A DNA stretch of 64,000 nt. Origin: Monocercomonoides exilis PA203 (lineage: Eukaryota > Protista > Preaxostyla). The stretch spans positions 248,001 to 312,000 of the forward strand of contig LSRY02000061.1 of the NCBI GenBank assembly GCA_001643675.2, written 5' to 3'. Below the pieces are notes generated by a model. The model saw nothing but the letters and a program-made list of their open reading frames with translations, did not search any database and was not told the origin of the DNA. The position numbers and the translations under genes are program-made. Below are positions 24,940 through 36,900 of this stretch, in pieces (the stretch's first letter is position 1; each line of letters opens with the position of its first letter).

Positions 24940-27900
24940 ATGATGAGATCCAGTAGATGCAGTTTGATTTCATTTGCTATTGCTGTGCTGTTTGTGCGTG
25001 AAATGGATGCAGTAATTGTTTCAAAAGAAAATGAGGATTTATTATTAAAAGACGAGTTGATAACAGATTCATCAAAAGAAAAAGGCAGATACACTGAAAT
25101 CAAAAATAATTACAAGTCTGAATTTTCGAATTATCGGAAACAGAGAGGAAAAAGTTATGGTGGAAACAAAAATCAAGAAATTGGTAAAAAGGCAAACCTG
25201 AAGAATGGATTCAACGAAATGATTGACTGTTTTATATGTGAAGGGCTGATTGAATGCAGTACTTTGAATTCGCATTTTGTGGTGCTCAACTCGACATTGG
25301 AAGCGTGCTGTGTGCTATTTGTTCAGAAAACATGGAATGGGATGGTTGAGATGAGAGGAAATTCAGTTCTAAAAATGAAGTCTGTCTTGATTGATTTTGA
25401 CTCGCAATCAGAAGTGTCAGCGTTTGTGGCCAGAGGAGGAGAAATCTATTTTGAAAATATAAGTGCTTCGCCAACTGGCCTTTCTCGACCAATCCAAGCA
25501 TTTGTGGACAATGCACAAGATGGAGATGAAAGCACTCTTAAAGTGTCTTTTGTGAAGAGCACATTGAGGCAGATAAGCATTGCTTTTTCTTCATCATGCT
25601 TGGTTCAGGGCTCGGCAGGGAATGTCAACATTCATGAATGCTATTTCATGAATGTGTCTCAATGTATGAAACAAAAAAGAAAAGTTACGTTGCCCCAAAG
25701 CCAGATGAAATGGGTGAAATGCGAAGTTGAGAACAGTGAATTAGTGGGATGCGACAATCCACAATATGGAGCAGTGATTGTTCCTACAGAAGAAACATTG
25801 AAAATGAAGAATTCATCATTTGAGCGTTGCACGATAACACACACACCGGCGAATGGATCAAGAAACTCTTATTCGTCTGGCGATGTTGTTGCTTCGTCTA
25901 TCGTTTTTTCTGATCTGACAAGCCAAACAGAAGTGGGCTTGGCTATATATGCAGAGAAAACAGCAACATTAACAATTGACAGCTGTGTATTTAGAAATAT
26001 AAGTACATTCGCAACTGAAGGAAACTCGTATGGAGCCGCAGTGTACCATGAAGGAAATGGTTATCACAAGTCCAGAGGATGCAATTACACAAATTGCTCT
26101 TCGAAGTATGCAAGTGGTGCTCTAAAATTAGCTTCATATGGTGATCAACAAATTCAAAGTTGTAACGTTGTTGGATGCAGTAGCATGCATTATTCAGGCA
26201 TTTTTTTGTATTTTGTTACGAATTATTCGATATTTACAAACAGTCTTGTTCGAGAATGTACCGCAAGTAATTATGGTGCTGGTGCGGGTGTGTACGTTAG
26301 AAACAACAAAGCAATATTTTCTGAATGCAAGTTTTCTTCATGTGTTAGCAACTTTTATTGTGGAACTTTATCGTTTGTGTGGGGAGAAGAAGGTTCTTCA
26401 ATAGGTTTTGTTTGTATTCATTATTGTTTATTTGATAACAACACAGTCAAAATGGAAGATGGGGGATGTGATATAGGATCGTGGAATGGCTCTTATTATA
26501 TCAACAAAGTGGTGAAGGAATCGTTTATATCATCATTTTCATTGAGCACACAATCAGTTCGGGTGATGATTGGAGGAATAAATCACACCGAATGGCTTCC
26601 AAATCCACCAATCGAAGATCTTTTTGTGCATGTTTCATCAGTGCTTGGGGATGACAGTCGAAGTGGTTGTGGATGTGAAGTGATTCCTTGCCAGACGATC
26701 GGAAAAGGAGTGCTTCAGAGAAAGGATGGTCAGTGGCTGATTGTGAGTGAGGGGGCATATTCACATGATTGTCTTCCTGTGCTTGACATGAATGTGAACA
26801 TGAATGGAGGGAATGTGGAAACATCAACGCTGATCTCTTGTGGAACAGGCAATGGAAAAGCGCTGTTTGAAGTGACAACAGGAACGTTGGCGATTGAACA
26901 TTTCACAGTTGTCCACTCGAGTTCAGAGTCAGACCCTGGCTCGTCAGTTGCTGGGATGAGTGGAAATGGAAAAATGGAGCTGAGCGATTGCGAGGCCCGC
27001 TCAAAAGAGGAGGATTCGGTCCCATTTACCAAATCGATGATTGTTGTGGAACAGGGTTTGGCGACTTTCCGCTTTGTCGGATTCAGGAATTTCAGGAGCA
27101 CAAAGCAATTGATATCATTTTCATCACCAACAGTGATATCTGTTGAAGCAGTTGAGTTTCATTCGATTACTCGGACAATTGGGGATGGTGCAGTGCTTGA
27201 AGTGAATGTGAAGAGCGGAGAGGAGCTATCATTGAACAACATATCATTCGACAAATGCAAGAGCTGTGGAGGAAATGGGGGAGGGGTGTGGGTGGAATTG
27301 GAGAGAGGAGGCATGTTTGAGATGGGGAATACGAGTGATGTGAGCAAGGGTGTGAGGATGAGGGAGTGTGAGGCAATGGTGAATGAGAGTACAGGGAAAG
27401 GTGGGTGCGGAGGAGGGGCTTATATTAATGTTGGGGATGGGGCAGATTCGTTTGTGCTGAAGAGGATCCAGTTCGTTGGATGCATAGCAGCAAAAGGGAA
27501 AAGCTTGTTTGTGAATGCAGAGCAGCTGAGTGGGCTGATCAACAGAAATTCGATTGGGTTTGATCTTGTGCAATCTGATTTGGAAGAGCTGAGAGGGAGA
27601 GAGAGCTCGATAATGGATGAGGGAGCGAGTGTACCGCTTGTGGTGTTTCTGTGGACGAACACAACAAGTTTTGGGCATGTCGGGGGAGAAGATGGAGTGG
27701 ATTTCAGCAGGTGTGGATTTGAGGAGGCACCATGCTCATCGATAAAACATGCGATTAAAGTGTGGTTTTCTGAGAAGAATCGATTCATCAAGATCCACTC
27801 ACCGTTTGTTTTGAGTGAAGAGCTGAGTGTAAACAGTTACGAATGGAACATTACAGGAAGCGAACCAGAAACACAAGTGGAAGTGGAGAGCAGTGGAAAT

Positions 27901-30900
27901 GGGGAGCAGGAAGGAGTTGTGGAGACGAGTGTGAAAGCATGGATTGGGGATTTGAGTGTGTGCGTGGGAGATGGAATGGGGGTGTATCAGGCAGTGGTGG
28001 TGTGTCGAAGTGGGGTTCTGAGTATGAGCAAGTGTGGGATGAAGGGAAGCGTTGGTGTGGTTGGGCTGAGCTTTGTGAAAGTGGTTGGAGGGCAGGTGGA
28101 AATATCAGAGATGGGGATATCAGCAATTGAATTTGGGGAAGCATCTACGCTGGTTGCAGAAGGAGGGAGCAGAAGCAAGAGCAGCAATGATGGAAGTTGC
28201 TGTTTGAAAGTGAATGACTCGGTGTTTGAGCAGATAAGGATGAGGGATGGGAGTGTTGTGAGGTGTGGAGATGGGGTTGATGTGAATGTGAAGAACTGCA
28301 CATTCACGAGTGTGAGTCGCACAAGCGGAAGCGGAGGGAGTGTTTGTGTGGAGGATGGTCAGAGCACAAGAGAGACAGCTGTTGTGGTTTCAGAAAGTGA
28401 ATTTGAGGAAAGTGTTGTTGAAGAGGATGGAGCAGGAGGAGGAGGAATCTGGGGGAGGGTTACTGCAACAAGAAAGGTGGAAATTGGATTTTGCACATTG
28501 AAGGGGTGCAGAGCACCGAGTGGAGAGAAAAGGGGGTATGGAGGAGGGATGTATCTGGACGTTGTGGAAGCGAGTGCTCCCTTTGTGGTTGCAGCACCAC
28601 AGTTCACAGGAGAGAATCCGAATGCTGCGAAGGAAGGAAATAACTTGTTTGTTGTGTCACCGAATCTGATTGTGAGCATGAGCAACAGCACACTTCCGTT
28701 TGCAGTTGAAATGGAAGGGATAGAGTTGGATTCGATGCGAGGATTCAATGGATCTGATCGGAGCGAGAGCATTCCACTGATCTTGTATTTCAAAGAGGTG
28801 GGATCGAAGATATATGTGTCAGGGGAGGGAGGAAAAGATATAGCAGTTTGCGGGTTTGATGAATATCCGTGCAAGAGTGCTGATTATTGTCTGATGAGGC
28901 TGGGATCAAAAGAAGAGAAACAAGTGGTTGTGAAAGGGAGTGTGACGATGGGAAGGGAAATTGATCTGAGCGATGTGGATATTCGGGGAGAAGGTGAAAG
29001 GAGAGCAGAAATGGATGTGATTGGTGTTGTGGAAAGGGTGAGTGGGAAGATGATGAGATCTCAGGGAGTGACAAGAATTCGCAAGCTGGATATTAAATTG
29101 CCTGCTCAACTTGGGAATGGGACGAATGCTGTGTTCTATTCATGGACTGCGGGAGGAGAATTGAGGATTGAGGACTGCTGGATGGGGATGAAAAGTGGGG
29201 AGGCTGAGGAGATTGAATATAACTTGATCTGTACTGAAGGGAACGTGCTGAGCTTGAATTGGGTGAGGATTGAGCACATGAAGTCATCCCAGCCATTATT
29301 CAGTCTGAGCTTAATCCCCATTGCTGCAGAGGAGGAGAGAGGAAACAATCGGTCTATTGAAATAAGAAACAGCTCATTTACAAGTGTGACAATACCCGCA
29401 AATGATTGTGTAGCACTTTTTGGATCGAGGATTGAAGTTGGTCTTGAGATGGAAGAATGCAACATTTCTGATGTTGTGTCTGAGGGGAGCGGTGAAGGAG
29501 GGGCAATGAAATTCGTTGTGGAGGGATTAGGATGGGTTGAAGTGATGAAGTGCATGATTGATGGATGCAAGGCAGAGACAACAGCTTTTGGGAAAGGAGG
29601 AGGAATATACGTTGAGTGTGGAAGAGGATTTCCAGTTTCTTTTTCAGAGATAGTGTTTGAGAGATGTGATGCTTATTGTGGGAAAAACATATTTGCGAAG
29701 GGATACAAGTTGTGGAGTGATATTGAGAAATCAAAGTTGAATGTGGAGATACCATTAGAAAAGGAGAGGTTGAATGAGTTTGTTGGATATGATGAAGAAG
29801 AGTCAGTGTTGGTTCCGTTGGCTGTGTTTGTGGCAATGTTGGAAGGGAAGGGATATGTGGGAGGAGAAAGTGGGATAGATTATCCGATGTGCGGGAATGA
29901 GTGGTTTGCATGCAAGACAATTGGGTATATGGGGGAATGGCGGTTCAGAGGCGAGAAGGCGAATGTATTACTGCAGAATACATTCAGTTTCAGAGACCGG
30001 ATTGTGCTTGATGAACAAAGTTTTGAGATTTGTGCTCAAAATGAGGGAGGCGAAGTTAGAGTTGAAGGAGGAGGAGGCGGCGGAGAAGGAAGTGGGCTGA
30101 TTGAAATACGGAGCAACGTGCAGCTGGAAAAGATGGCTCTCGTGCTACCATCAGTGTTTGAGCCTGTGGCGAGAGAGTGCCTGTTTTTGAGCAAGTCAGC
30201 ATCGCTGACGCTTGAAGAGATGGAGATGAAGATGGAGGCATCTGTACAGGGATGCAGATATTGGATAGTGAAGAGTGTGGGAGGGAGTGTGAAAGTGAGA
30301 GGGATGGTGATAAGAAGGGCTGAATTTACAGGTGCAGGTGTGATTGAGATGAGTGGAGCAGAGGTTCTGGGAAATGTGAATGGGCTTGTGATGGAAGAAA
30401 TAAAGATGAAAGGTGTGGGAGGGCTGGTAGTGATGAAAGGTGGTGCGAAGGTGGAGGTGATGAACTCTTCTGTGAAGGAGGCTACGTTTGAAAACCATTG
30501 TGGAATGTACTTGGAAAGAGGAAGTGGATTGGTGATGACAGAGTGCAACATGAGCGGAGTCAAGAGAGAGGGTGGGGATGGAGGAGGGGTGGCTGGAGTG
30601 GTTGGAAGCGGGCAAAGAGTGGAGATGAAGGGGTGTGTGCTCAAGACGATGGGATGCTCTTCGTCTGGATCTGGGGGAGGAAGCGTGAAGATGGTTGTGG
30701 AGAAAGGAGGAGAGTTTGTGTTTGACTCAAACGAGGTGCGTGAGAGCAAAGTACCAGCACTTGAAGGGAATGGAGGAGGGGTGCATCTGACACTGGAAGA
30801 CAAGGATCAGAGATATTCGATGAAGGGATTGATTCTTGAAGAGAACGACGCGAAATACGGGAAGGACGTGTATCTGGTTTGTCCATCGCCGAGAGAAATG

Positions 30901-33900
30901 GTTGATCCTCTGCTGTGGAGTGGGAGCGCATCAAAGGAAGAAGAGGAGAGACGAAAGTGGGTGGTGGATCCAGGGGATGAACGGATGAACATGACTCTGT
31001 TGAGGTTTCTGTTTCCGCTGGATGAGGATATTATCTACGTGGATGAAGAATTGGGGAGAGAGGTTGAAGGATGCGGATCGAGTGTGAACCCCTGCAACGA
31101 ACTGGGATATGGATATGGGAAGCTGGGAGATGCGAAAACAATCCTGCACATCCAGAACAAAGCGAAACTTGTGAGCTTGATTGAGAGAGCAGATGCAAAG
31201 TTGACGATCCGAGGGGAAGAGTTGAAATCTGAGCTTATTGTTGAAGAAGCAGGGCGTGTGGTACTTAAATCTGGAACACAATCAACGTGGCTGACTTTCC
31301 AGAACATTATGTTCACACTTTATGGAAGTGGAGAAGAACATGATGATGTGATTGTGGGAAATGTGGGGCGAGTGTGGATTGTGGGATGTGAATTTGGGAG
31401 CAAGAATGGAACTCAGGCTGAGTGCTCGAGGTGGATTGTTTGTGGGGGAGGGAGCAGTGTGCAGATTGAGAACTCGACTGTGGGAGCGATTGAGTTTGTT
31501 GGAAGAGGAGGACTGTGCAAGATAACATCGGGAAGTGTGGTGATGGTGGGATGTTTTGTGGAAGATGTGAAGGGAAAAGAGAACAGCATGATTTTGTGTC
31601 AAGAAGGAGCAAACGTGTGCGTGAATGAAACAACGATAACAGGATGTGAAATGGGGAGCGGAGGGCTGATAGAGGCAAAAAACGCATCCACTGTGGAAAT
31701 TTTGGAGGGAACAAAATTTGAAGGATGCTCATCTGATTCAGGAGATGGGGCATGTATTCACTGTGAGGTTGGGGGGAGAAGGAGAGTTGCAATAAAGAAT
31801 GCAGGATTCAAAAGATGTATTGTGAATGAAAGATGTGGAAGAGGAGGAGGGATTTATCTGAGGTTGAAGGATGATGTGGAGAGTGACATAGAACTGTCTG
31901 GTCTCGAATTTAGAGAGAACATTGCGTTTGCAGGAAGAGATGTGTTTGTGGAGTGCGAAGAGCTGAACAAGTCAGTGAAAGCGGAGAGACTACAGATTGA
32001 GATGTTTGATGCAGATGGGAGGCAGATTGCGTTTATGGAAGGAACTGACAACGGAGCTTTTAATGGGTTTGTAGCGGATCTTGGACTGTTTTTATTTGAG
32101 TATTGCTCAGGAACCGTTGCCGTGTGCAGCCAGACAGGCATTGATATTGCAGGGTGTGGAAGAGCAGAGATGCCATGCAACACTTTCTGGTCTGGGTTTC
32201 AGCATGTGAATTGGTCAGCATCAGGGATGAAGCAGATGGTGCTTGAGGGGACAATGAGTGTCCGCGACACGTTTTGTGTGTCTTTGCTGAGAATTGTTTC
32301 GTCAAGTGATGAAAAAAACTGTATTATCCACTTTGAGGCAGATCTGGAAGCAGTCGAGGGGGATGAAGTGTTTTTGGCATCAGCAGATGCTTCTTTCAGT
32401 GGCATTTCATTTGTTATTCCCTCAGCATTCGCACCAGAGAGAGTCTGCTTGGTTTTACTGGATCCAGAAGCAGCATCCTTTGCAGAGTTTAGTTTCAAAA
32501 ACTGTACATTCCAGTGTGTTGAATCCGTGAAAGGAAATTTAGCAATTGGGTATTGCTTGATTGAAGCAAAAGGAGGGATGGTTGGGATAGAGAACTGCAC
32601 GTTTGGAAACTTTTTATTTAGCACACCTCCACTTGTATTTTTGTCAGCCGCAACCATTGATGGATGCACATTTGAGTCGATGGAAACATCAAATAGCAAG
32701 CAAGGAGGAGCAATAAAAGTGAATTTTGGAGCAATTGATCAGCTCATCGTAAAGAAGACGAAATTAATAGGATGTGTATGTTCAGTGGAGGAAGGAAAGG
32801 GAGGAGGAATGTATGTGGACTGCGCGGAATCAACAGCTGACGAGCCATTTGTGTTTGAAAACATGATATTTGAGAAGAACAAGGCGTTTGCAGGAGAAAA
32901 CGTTTTTGTTGTGAGTTCGTGTTTGAACAGCACAGTAACAGAGCATTCATTTCTGTTTAGCTATGAGCAAACGAGCACCAATGGAAAGGAGTTTATGGGG
33001 AGTGATGATCAGTTTGTCGATACAGATCTGCTGCGTTTCTTGGTGTTGTACAAGAGCAGTGCGATCCATGTGTCATCGAGTGGAGCAGATGTGAAGCGCT
33101 GTGGAAGTGAGGCTGAGCCATGCCAGTCGTTCTGGAGCGGAATGAGCCATATTGAGAGAAATGAAAGTGGGATGGAGATTGCAATAAGTGGAGAAACAAC
33201 AGTTGCTGATGAATATGATGTTTCAATGCTCAGGATTGGATCATATGGAAGTGACGCAGGAGAACAGTTGAAAGGGAAAGTGATAATTGTCGGAAAACAG
33301 AGTGGCAGGACAGGAGGATATTTTGTGAACAGAGAAAGATTGGAAGTGGAATTGATTCACTTTGTGATAAGAGCACAATTTGACAGTTTTTCAAACTGCG
33401 TGATTGTGAACGAGGAAGGGAGATTAGAAGTTAAGAAGTGTGGAGTTGAGATGAGGGATGTGAATGGTGATGTGGCTGGATGCAGTTTTGTGGAGATGAG
33501 GAAGGGAGAATTGAATGTGGAAGGGTTGGAAATGGAAGCATCGGTGATCGAAAAGGGTGTATTTGTGATTTTTGAAGAGTGCCGATGCAAGTGCGAAGGG
33601 TTGAGCCTTCTTGCAACAGAAATAAGGAGAGGGTGTCTGTTTGAGATTGCTGATGGGTTGGGCAGAGCAAACGAAAGAGGCAAACTGGAATTGAATGACT
33701 CTTCGTTGAGCACTATATCGAGAGGAGACAATGGAGGAAGCGTTATCCATGTTGGTGCAACAGGAGGAGGAGCAGGGGCAGAGAATGTGAATGGGGTGGA
33801 TGTGGAAGTGAGTGGATGCGAGTTTGTTGATTGCAAAGCAGAAGCAAGCATTGGTGGGGGAGTTATGTTTGTATGGCTGAGGGAAGGAGGAGCGCTGAGA

Positions 33901-36900
33901 GTGAGAGACACAACAATGATGAGGTGCAGCTGTTCGAGTCAGGGGAGAGGAGGAGGGGTGTATATTGGAACAGATTTAGGAGGGAAGCTGGAATTTGTGT
34001 TTGAGAGGATGGTGTTGAAGGGGAACACGGCTGGGGTGGGGAATGATATATATGTGCGGTGTGTGAACATCAGTCAGCAGATCAATGAGACTCAGTTCCG
34101 GTTCTCTCTGAGAGAGAGCGATTACTCGAGGAGGAATGCGATCTTCGGATGTGACGCAACAGACCATGTGCTGGACACGGATCTGATGGATTTCATCACG
34201 ATATATGAGAGCGATATGATTGTGGTGTCTTCGTTGGATGAAAAGAAAGGGAAGGATATTCGGCAGTGTGGAACAGCAAAATTGCCGTGTGTGAGTGTGG
34301 GATATGGAGTGCAGCATCTGACGAATGAGTTGATGAGTGTGATGCTTGTTGATGAGGTATCGGTGATAGAGGGAGAAGTGAGTCTGAAGAACATGACGCT
34401 TGAGTCGCGATCAAAGAGCACAGCAAGAGTGGAGGTGGTGAATGGGATGGAGCAGACAAGGGAGTGTGTGATTGAGGTTACAGAGTATGTGGTTCTGTCA
34501 TTGGTGAGATTTGAATTTGGAGAACGGATGCTGAATGGGTACTCGGTGTTTATATCTGTTGTTAATGACAGTGTGAGTGTGGAAAATTGTGTCTTTGGAA
34601 TTTTGGAATCTTCGGCAACATTGTGTGTTGTTTCATTCTGCTTAATCCATATAACTGCAGGAGAAGGATTCATAGGCGGATGCAGTATTTGTGGGCTATC
34701 ATTTTCTGAAGCAATATTTGAAATGGAGCACAGCTCATTCACAATTTCATCTTGCGACTTCACAGAAATGGAATGCAGGAAAAATGTTGTGAGGCAATGC
34801 GAGGGGAATCTGGCTGTGAGGAATAGTTCAATATCGAAAATGGATGAAGAAGAAACTTGTGAGGCAGGAGTGAGTTGTTCATCAGTTTCGTCAGTTCAGA
34901 TGGAGTCATGCACGATTAGAGGGAGATCTGTGGAAAATGAGAAGGGGAGTGTTGTGACTCTGGTGAAGTGTGGAAATGTGAAGATTGATTCGTGCACATT
35001 TCTGGGAAGCACAACTGTAAGTGAAAAGGAGAATGGTTTCAACGGAGATGCAGACATCTGCTCGTGGAATGGCTCCATTGTCAGTTTTGAAAATTGTGAG
35101 GTGTTGATGAAGGATACAACAATTACCAATTCATCAGAAGGTGGAATAACAATGAATGGAGGAAGTGTGATAATTGAAGCAGGGAATTTCTCAAACAATA
35201 ATCCATCAATTGAAGGATATTCATCATTGAGAAGAAATATCATCTGTTCCGATTCCGGAACATCGAATATGATGAGTTTGAAAGGTGGAGATGGGGTGAA
35301 GGATAATTCTTCACTTTGGATTCTGAATGAAGGATGCACATTGGGTGGGATTGTTTCTGAGAGAGATTCATCATTCTTCATTCCTGTGCTGGAGAGTGTG
35401 GAAGCAAAAGAAGAGACAGATAGAATGAAGCTGACATTCAAAGGATTGCTTCTTATTCCATGCAATCTGTCCTTTTCAATTACGAAGAGGAAAGGAGAAG
35501 AGAAAGAGATTGAAAAACATGATTTTGATACAAATGGATTCTTGTCAGAGAGAGAAATTGAAGGGAGTGTGACAAAGGATCTCATTAGCAGCTGTGGAGA
35601 TGAAATAGAAGTGAGTGTGCATATTTTGTTTGGAAATGCCGAATCTCCTTCATCAACTCATTCATTCATTTTGAAGAATACAAGCGAAACAAAACAAAAA
35701 GATGATGAAAGAATTTCCGAAGGAGGGAAAGAAGGAAAATCATCATGGGCATTGATTGTGATTGTGATATTTGCTGTGCTGTTCTTGGTTGTTCTTGTTG
35801 CGTCAATCGTGGCAACTATTCGATGGAGAAGGGCAAAAGAAGAAGCGCAAAAATACAAGGAGATTGTGAACGATAACATCAGAAAGGATCCGAAAGCATT
35901 TGAGATGGTGACGATGGAGATGTCACCGGAGGAGCAGTGGAGGAGAGCAGAGAGGGAAGCTGAGAAGAAGAACGATGAGAGAATGAAGAAGAGAATATAT
36001 GACACGAATATGGAACATTCAGAGTCATCAGAGCATCTTCTTTCTGAGAGTGGCTCAACCGAATACATTCTTGGAAGAGATTCTGACAAGATCCCAGAAT
36101 GGGCATTAGAAAAGGTTGAAGAAGAAGAGACAAGGAAAAGAACACCATCTCCGTCCATTTCTTCCACTTCAACCACAGACACTTCAGATACAAACACAAC
36201 ATTTGTTCGAGGGGAGGACCTGTGCCCAACAACATCATCGATGTCGAATCTGGTGGATGCGATGGCCTGCTCCTCGCCTCATGAGAAATTGATTGTGGAT
36301 TTGAGGGATTCACTGTTCATGCTTCTTCATGGAAGGAACGAGAAGAAGGAGATGGCAATTGGCACTCTGCAGGAGAGGGAGATGACAGCTGCCCAAATCC
36401 TATTCTGGGTTGCGAATCTTGCTCTCCACTCGTTTGATGAAATGAACAATCCACTTCAGTCATTGTCCAATCTTAGCCCGCACATTGTGCTGTTCTCAGA
36501 GCATATGGTGATCTGCATTGCCCTCCACTCTGACTGCTCTTCTTCAGATTCAGACTCATCTTCAATATCTTCATCAACAGTTGTGACATCTACCAGTGAT
36601 GATGGTGATGAAAGAGATTCTCTGCCCTCATCAGCGTTTGAAGATGAAGAAGATAACAGGAATGAGTGTTTGAGGTGGAAGGCACCTGAATTGCTGAATG
36701 GCACAAAGAAGCATGCAACGAAGAAGACAGTTGTGTTCTCGATTGGGATGATGTTGTGGGAGTGTCTGACACTCAAAGTTCCGTTTGGGGAGTATGAGGC
36801 GGAGGTGGCAGGGCAGAAGATAGTGAATGGGGAAAGGCCATGTGGAGGGGAGAGTGAGGCAAGTGGGATGCATGAGATGGTGAAGGGATGCCGGAGGGCA

